Source: Patescibacteria group bacterium
GTDB lineage: Bacteria > Patescibacteriota > UBA1384 > CAJBMM01
Assembly (NCBI GenBank): GCA_041660565.1
Contig: JBAZWC010000002.1
Location: 287,484-351,483 of the forward strand
Direction: 5' to 3'
DNA length: 64,000 nucleotides
Each line of letters begins with the position of its first letter. Positions within the stretch are counted from its first letter, which is position 1. Below the pieces are notes generated by a model. It did not search any database. It worked only from the letters and a program-made list of their open reading frames with translations, and was not told the DNA's origin. Below are positions 58,357-64,000 of this stretch, piece after piece. Both the position numbers and the translations under genes were made by a program.

Positions 58357-61125
58357 ATGATGTTTGGACTGTTTGGCGATCTAAATAAAAAAGAAGTTTC
58401 TAAAATTGAGCCGATTGTTGGGCAGATAAATCAGCATAGCTCGACCATCGAGGCATTAACCAAAGAGCAGATCCGTATTCGAGTAGAAGAACTAAAAACA
58501 AAGGTACAAGACGAAATTAAAGCCGTGGTGGGCGACGAATCCGAATCCGCATTAATTCAAAACGAAGACGAACGCGAAAAATGGCAAATTGATCGCCTAA
58601 AAAAAGTCGAACAAAGCGTACTAGATGAAATATTGCCAGAAGCGTTTGCCTTGGTTAGAGAAGCGGCAAAACGCACCATTAAAGAGCGCCATTTTGATGT
58701 GCAGCTAACCGGTGGGGTGGTTCTGCATCAAGGTAAAATTGCCGAAATGCGTACTGGAGAAGGTAAAACTTTAGTGGCAACACTGCCCGCTTTTCTGAAT
58801 GCGCTAACCGGTAAAGGCGTGCACATCGTAACGGTTAACGACTATTTGGCTAAACGTGATGCGGCTTGGATGGGGCAGATTTTCGATTATTTAGGCGTTA
58901 CTGTGGCGGCAATTGGGCACGAAACTTCGTTAATTTACGATACTAAAGCCAAAAAACAACAAGAAAAAGACGCGCAGTTAGCTGCCGAAGAGCAAGGTTT
59001 GGTTTATACTTCGGACGATTCGCCTTTAGCCGCGGTTAGCCGCAAGGCTGCCTATCAGGCCGACATCGTTTACGGCACCAATAACGAGTTTGGTTTTGAT
59101 TATTTGCGCGATAATATGGCACAAGATCCGGAGCAGATGGTCCAACGTGAATTGCATTACGCTATCGTAGATGAAGTAGACTCCATTTTAATTGATGAAG
59201 CGCGAACGCCGCTGATTATCTCGGCACCGGCTGAGGAATCGGCTAGTGAATACCATCGCTTTGCCAAATTGGTGACCAATCTTGAAGCCGAAAAAGATTA
59301 TACCGTTGATGAAAAGATGAAAGCCATCAGTTTAACCGATGCCGGCATCGCCAAAATGGAATCTTTGCTCGGTTTGAAAAACATTTACGAGCAGGGCGTG
59401 CATTTGGTGCACTATATGGAAGAATCACTTAAGGCCAACATTTTATTCACGAGAGACAAAGACTATGTGGTTAAAGATGGCGAGGTGGTAATAGTTGACG
59501 AATTTACCGGCCGTATGATGCCCGGGCGTCGATATTCCGAGGGCTTGCACCAAGCTATCGAAGCCAAAGAAGGCGTTGAAGTGCAAAAAGAGTCGTTAAC
59601 GTTGGCCACCATTTCGTTTCAGAACTTATTCCGCATTTACCAGAAACTATCGGGTATGACCGGAACCGCGGCAACCGAGGCAGAGGAATTTCATAAAATC
59701 TATAAATTAGAGGTTGTTGAAATCCCGACAAATCGCCCGAACCAACGCCACGATTTTTCAGACCAGATTTATCAGACCGTTGACGAAAAGTTTAAGGCTG
59801 TGTGCAAAGACGTAGCTGAGCGGCATCAAAAAGGCCAGCCAATTTTGATTGGTACAATTTCGATCGAAAAAAACGAATACTTATCACAGCTTCTAACTAA
59901 AGCCGGGGTAAAACACGAGCTGTTAAACGCCAAAAACCACGAAAAAGAGGCGCATATTATTGCGCACGCAGGCGCGGTGGGCGCGGTTACGGTGGCTACA
60001 AACATGGCAGGGCGTGGTACGGATATTAAAATTACCAAAGAGGTGGCGGAGGTTGGCGGATTGCATGTGATCGGCACTGAACGCCACGAATCACGCCGCA
60101 TTGACAATCAGTTGCGCGGACGTACCGGACGTCAGGGTGATGTTGGATCGAGCCAGTTTTTTGTATCGATGGATGACGATTTGATGCGCATTTTTGGTGG
60201 CGAGCGGTTAAAATCGATTATGACCACGCTGCGCCTTCCCGCTGATATGCCAATTGAAAATAAAATGATTAGCCGGGCTATCGAGAGCGCCCAGAAAAAG
60301 GTGGAAGGACACAACTTTGATACTCGTAAGCACTTGGTTGAATACGATGATGTAATGAACAAACATCGCGAAGTGATTTACAAACGTCGTCGTCGAATTT
60401 TGCACATGAACACCGCAGAAGCGCAAAACCACTACATTAAGAATCAATTTTTATCCACTGCCGAAGAGCGCATTCGCGCTACGTTAAATAGTTATTTAGA
60501 GACAAATCAAGACTTAACAAAAGCCAAGGACGAAATCCAGAGAATTATTGGCGTAGATTTGGCTGGGACCGAGGCGAACCTTGATTCCATATTATCGCAG
60601 GTCAAGCAGCAGTATGACGCGAGAGAGCAACGATTTGGGGCCGAAATTATGCGCCAAATTGAAAAAGCAATTTACTTGCGTGCCATTGATACGGCGTGGA
60701 TTGATCATTTAACCGCGATGGATCATTTACGCGATGGGATTGGGCTTAGAGGCTATGGGCAATATGATCCGCTAGTTGCGTATAAACAAGAATCGTACAA
60801 AATGTTTCAGCGATTGTTACAGGTGATTGACAGCGCTGCGCTAGAGATGATCTTTAGAGTTGAAGTGGCACAGGCAGCAGCTCAGCCAAAGCCAGAGAAG
60901 GTGCAATTAAAGGGAGCGGATGAATCGGATAGCGGTGGCGGGTTTACCAAAGAAAAAACATTGGAAAAAACCAAGGTGCAAAAGTTGATGTCTAGCGAGG
61001 CAGACAGATCTAGTAATAAGCCAACCGGCGAGTCCAAAAAAGTCGGCCGAAATGATCCATGCCCATGCGGAGCGAAAAAAGCAGATGGAACACCGGTTAA
61101 ATACAAACATTGTCATGGGCGATGA
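58357..61125 (+). CDS. secA: Protein translocase subunit SecA
   Basis: EMRTGEGKT, VDEVDSILIDEARTP, QLRGRTGRQGD, SEC-C GRNDPCPCG...KYKHCHG; start after AAAGGA SD. Confidence 0.99.
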   Translation: MMFGLFGDLNKKEVSKIEPIVGQINQHSSTIEALTKEQIRIRVEELKTKVQDEIKAVVGDESESALIQNEDEREKWQIDRLKKVEQSVLDEILPEAFALVREAAKRTIKERHFDVQLTGGVVLHQGKIAEMRTGEGKTLVATLPAFLNALTGKGVHIVTVNDYLAKRDAAWMGQIFDYLGVTVAAIGHETSLIYDTKAKKQQEKDAQLAAEEQGLVYTSDDSPLAAVSRKAAYQADIVYGTNNEFGFDYLRDNMAQDPEQMVQRELHYAIVDEVDSILIDEARTPLIISAPAEESASEYHRFAKLVTNLEAEKDYTVDEKMKAISLTDAGIAKMESLLGLKNIYEQGVHLVHYMEESLKANILFTRDKDYVVKDGEVVIVDEFTGRMMPGRRYSEGLHQAIEAKEGVEVQKESLTLATISFQNLFRIYQKLSGMTGTAATEAEEFHKIYKLEVVEIPTNRPNQRHDFSDQIYQTVDEKFKAVCKDVAERHQKGQPILIGTISIEKNEYLSQLLTKAGVKHELLNAKNHEKEAHIIAHAGAVGAVTVATNMAGRGTDIKITKEVAEVGGLHVIGTERHESRRIDNQLRGRTGRQGDVGSSQFFVSMDDDLMRIFGGERLKSIMTTLRLPADMPIENKMISRAIESAQKKVEGHNFDTRKHLVEYDDVMNKHREVIYKRRRRILHMNTAEAQNHYIKNQFLSTAEERIRATLNSYLETNQDLTKAKDEIQRIIGVDLAGTEANLDSILSQVKQQYDAREQRFGAEIMRQIEKAIYLRAIDTAWIDHLTAMDHLRDGIGLRGYGQYDPLVAYKQESYKMFQRLLQVIDSAALEMIFRVEVAQAAAQPKPEKVQLKGADESDSGGGFTKEKTLEKTKVQKLMSSEADRSSNKPTGESKKVGRNDPCPCGAKKADGTPVKYKHCHGR

Positions 61126-61222
61126 CGTTGGGCATAAATCGAGCATAGCGGAGTCCTCCGTAGCTCGAAGAGCGTAAGAGGATGAAAATGGTAAGAAATA
61201 CAAAAAATGCCATGGAAAATAA
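61124..61222 (+). pseudogene. Relic second SEC-C motif coding segment
   Basis: gtt ggg ...[palindromic insert]... ggt aag aaa tac aaa aaa tgc cat gga aaa taa = GKKYKKCHGK*. Confidence 0.7.
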
Positions 61223-61250
61223 AGGATAACTAGGGATGGCGATGGGTTCC

Positions 61251-61276
61251 GTAGGGGCGGACCCATGTGTCCGCCC
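61251..61276. repeat. GTAG-type REP (family E)
   Basis: gtaggggcggacccatgtgtccgccc. Confidence 0.85.
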
Positions 61277-61308
61277 GCCAACAGAAAAAAAATGCCACGG
61301 GAGGTAGT

Positions 61309-61755
61309 ATGGATGAGAAATCTCTAAAATTCTTAATTAATTCTAGACAAAGCACTTATGCCTCTGGGATGAAGGCGGATGAGATCAATGGTGGTAAAAC
61401 GTACGTTATTAAATCAGGTAATTTAGAGTATCGCGATACGTATTTCGATCAGCACTTAATTTTTCAAGGTCAAGAAGTTTTGTTTGAAGATGGCCAGCCA
61501 GTTTGGTCAATGAGCTATAGGGGTGCGGCGGTCGAGGGAGTTGATGCTGGTGCGGTTTTTGCAGTTTTGCAAAAATTTATTAAAGAATATTCCGACAAGG
61601 TCAGATTCGGTAACAACTTTGAAAAAGATGAAGGCGAATATAAATATAGTTGCTCCGCAACGGGGGATCCAAGTGAGTTCAGTGGCCGCGAAGAGATTTA
61701 TCAAAATGGAAAACTGGTTCATTGGATGAATTATTTTGGCGGATCTATCCAATAA
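61309..61755 (+). CDS. DUF5680-like protein
   Basis: TYA, YRDTYF, GQEV, PVWSMSYRG, FSGREEI, YFGG; GGAGG SD. Confidence 0.75.
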   Translation: MDEKSLKFLINSRQSTYASGMKADEINGGKTYVIKSGNLEYRDTYFDQHLIFQGQEVLFEDGQPVWSMSYRGAAVEGVDAGAVFAVLQKFIKEYSDKVRFGNNFEKDEGEYKYSCSATGDPSEFSGREEIYQNGKLVHWMNYFGGSIQ

Positions 61756-61824
61756 ATGTAATAAGGTAAACGAAGGATAGCTAAGGATTGCGAAGGATGG
61801 CAAGGGAGGTAGTGGCCGCGAGAT

Positions 61825-62190
61825 CTATTTTTTAGCAGTAAGGCGGACGGAGAATTTGAAGCCGCGTTGCGAACCATCGGTAACCTCAATTACCTCGCTT
61901 TTTCTTTCTATGCGATATTCTATTAGCTCTTCCGAAAGCATCTCTTTTAAGGTCATAATTTCGTCGCGATTTTCTTTGATTTCAACTTGTAATTTATTAT
62001 TTGCGGGTTGGTTGTAGATTTCGGACAGAATTTGTTTTTTCTTGCTGCTGGCTACTTTGGCTTCCTCGGCGGCGTCAGTGTAAGCTGAGTCGTTGGTTAA
62101 GGCCTCGTTAAGCATATCCTTCGCTATTTTGATTTCACCCTGTAGCTTCTCAATTAGTTCGATTCGCCTTTTTATCGTATCTGTATCCAC
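61825..62190 (-). CDS. Hypothetical coiled-coil protein
   Basis: AAGGAG SD and GTG; helical, charged sequence. Confidence 0.75.
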   Translation of the reverse strand: MDTDTIKRRIELIEKLQGEIKIAKDMLNEALTNDSAYTDAAEEAKVASSKKKQILSEIYNQPANNKLQVEIKENRDEIMTLKEMLSEELIEYRIERKSEVIEVTDGSQRGFKFSVRLTAKK

Positions 62191-62346
62191 GTTGCTCCTT
62201 TTCTTAATGCGTCTAGTGTAACGTGAATTTATTCTGTTGCCAAGCTAGAAAGAATTGGGACGATTGGAGATATTGGATAAATTGGGGAGTCCAAGCTTGA
62301 TAATAATCACCAATTTATATATTCTTAATACGAAATAGGAGATCTA

Positions 62347-63258
62347 ATGCATACAAAACTTGCTATTATTGGTTCGGGGCCGGCGGGATTAACCGCCGCC
62401 ATTTATGCTGCCCGTGCCGAGTTAAAACCAATTGTTTTTGCCGGTGCCGTACCAGGCGGACAACTAACCGAAACAACCGAGGTAGAAAACTTTCCCGGGT
62501 TTGATGATGGCATAATGGGGCCGGATTTAATGGCCAAAATGCGTTTGCAAGCCGAGAAATTTGGTTCAGTTACTGTTGATGCCTCGGTGGACAAGGTAAA
62601 CCTCAAAAAACAGCCATTTACAATTGAATCAGGGGATAAATCGTATTCGGCTGACGCAATTATTGTAGCTACCGGTGCCAGCGCGATGTGGTTAAACGTT
62701 AAAGGGGAAACGGAATTTAAGGGAAAAGGCGTTTCGGCTTGCGCCACTTGCGATGGTTTTTTCTTTAAGAATAAGGCAGTGGTCATTGTTGGCGGCGGTG
62801 ACGCAGCCATGGAAGAATCAATGTTTTTGACTAAATTTGCTTCTAGCGTCACTATTGTTCATCGTCGAAATGAATTTAGAGCTAGCAAAATTATGCAGGA
62901 AAAGGTACTAAATAATCCTAAAATCAAAGTGGTTTGGGACTCTGCGGTGGTGGAGATAAAAGGTGGGGCAAAAGTTGAAGCAGTAGTGGTGGAAAATATT
63001 AAAGATCAATCAAAATCTGAAATTAAAACCGATGGAGTGTTTGTGGCGATCGGCCATAAACCAAATACAGATATTTTCAAAGATCAGCTTGAAATTGATG
63101 AAAAGGGCTACATCGTTTTGCACGGTGAAACAAAGTCAAACGTCGAAGGTGTATTTGTTGCGGGTGATGTGTATGACCACCGATATCGACAAGCTATTAC
63201 CGCCGCCGGGTCTGGCTGTAAAGCGGCCATAGATGCAGAGAAATACTTGGCTGAGTAA
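62347..63258 (+). CDS. trxB: Thioredoxin reductase
   Basis: GSGPAG, CATCDG, GGGDAA, HRR, AGDV. Confidence 0.98.
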   Translation: MHTKLAIIGSGPAGLTAAIYAARAELKPIVFAGAVPGGQLTETTEVENFPGFDDGIMGPDLMAKMRLQAEKFGSVTVDASVDKVNLKKQPFTIESGDKSYSADAIIVATGASAMWLNVKGETEFKGKGVSACATCDGFFFKNKAVVIVGGGDAAMEESMFLTKFASSVTIVHRRNEFRASKIMQEKVLNNPKIKVVWDSAVVEIKGGAKVEAVVVENIKDQSKSEIKTDGVFVAIGHKPNTDIFKDQLEIDEKGYIVLHGETKSNVEGVFVAGDVYDHRYRQAITAAGSGCKAAIDAEKYLAE

Positions 63259-63282
63259 AGCATCACGACTTGATACGCGGAA

Positions 63283-63424
63283 CCCTTCTCCTCACGAGGA
63301 GAAGGTGCCCGTAGGGCGGATGAGGAGCTCCTCACCCGGCTTTCAGCCACCCTCTCATCAAGACAAAACTTTGCAGTTTTGTCTTGTAGTTCCTTTCCGA
63401 CACGGATCTATCGGGAGGAGAGGG
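63283..63424. repeat. Family A element with arms in swapped order and a nested hairpin
   Basis: cccttctcc...gatgaggag directly followed by ctcctcacccgg...ggagaggg; insert caagacaaaact/agttttgtcttg. Confidence 0.8.
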
Positions 63425-63484
63425 AACAAAGATCGAAATGACAGTTGCTGACGTTCTGTGTTAGAATAAACCTAGGTGGGTAAT

Positions 63485-64000
63485 TTGATTGAGTTTATTC
63501 ATGTCTCAAAAAAATATGGTAAAAAGACCGCGGTTGAAGACCTAAACTTCTTCATTGATCGCGATGAGTTCGTGACCTTAGTTGGGCCATCGGGCTCAGG
63601 GAAGTCCACGTTAATTAAGCTGCTCATTGCCGAAGAAAAACCAACCAGCGGACAAATAGTAGTCGCTGGGCGCGATATTACCACCTTAACCTCACGCGAA
63701 CTGCCATTCTTTAGACGTAAAATTGGGGTGGTTTTTCAAGATTTTAAGATATTGCCTCATAAAAATGTTTATGAAAACATTGCGTTTGCTTTGGAAGTAA
63801 GTGACGCAGAACAAAGCGTAATCAAATTAAAGGTGCCAGAGATTTTGCAGCTGGTTAATTTGTCGGATAAAGCCAGAAGTATGCCTAACGAATTGTCTGG
63901 TGGGGAAAAACAGCGAGTCTCAATTGCCCGTGCCTTAGTTCACGAGCCAAAATTATTGATTGCCGATGAGCCCACCGGAAACTTGGATCCAATAAATAGT
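63485..64000 (+). CDS. ftsE: Cell division ATP-binding protein FtsE (3' truncated by window edge)
   Basis: TTG start; GPSGSGKST, RRKIGVVFQDFK, LSGGEKQRV, IADEPTGNLDP. Confidence 0.92.
   Translation, partial: MIEFIHVSKKYGKKTAVEDLNFFIDRDEFVTLVGPSGSGKSTLIKLLIAEEKPTSGQIVVAGRDITTLTSRELPFFRRKIGVVFQDFKILPHKNVYENIAFALEVSDAEQSVIKLKVPEILQLVNLSDKARSMPNELSGGEKQRVSIARALVHEPKLLIADEPTGNLDPINS

Overview
Core-genome segment of a small-genome bacterium, most consistent with Patescibacteria/CPR. That assignment is inferred from gene content: CPR-type pilin, short AlaRS, the ftsA-like/'baseplate-J'-like/ruvX/mltG cluster, and secG followed by a family-5 SBP. Standard code 11 is used (TGA is a stop). The window carries translation genes (rsmA, rsmI, metG, mnmA, miaA, rpsA, alaS, lysS, serS, greA, 8 tRNAs), a complete F-type ATP synthase operon, cell-shape and division genes (mreBCD, mrdA, mltG, ftsA-like, ftsE), secA/secG, and competence/recombination genes (comEA, comM, recG, pcrA). 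Four layers of accessory structure stand out. (1) A ~550-bp integrase-free HNH endonuclease element has split tRNA-Leu(UAA) and supplies a variant replacement 5' end plus its own promoter. (2) Seven GC-rich islets, mostly ORFans, each form a self-contained promoter/leader/SD/ORF/terminator cassette. (3) Several families of REP/RPE-like miniature palindromes are nested inside one another, and one donates the mnmA start codon. (4) Translation starts are unusual, with an ATC start for pyrG and several leaderless genes. All calls come from reading the sequence by eye; no searches were run.
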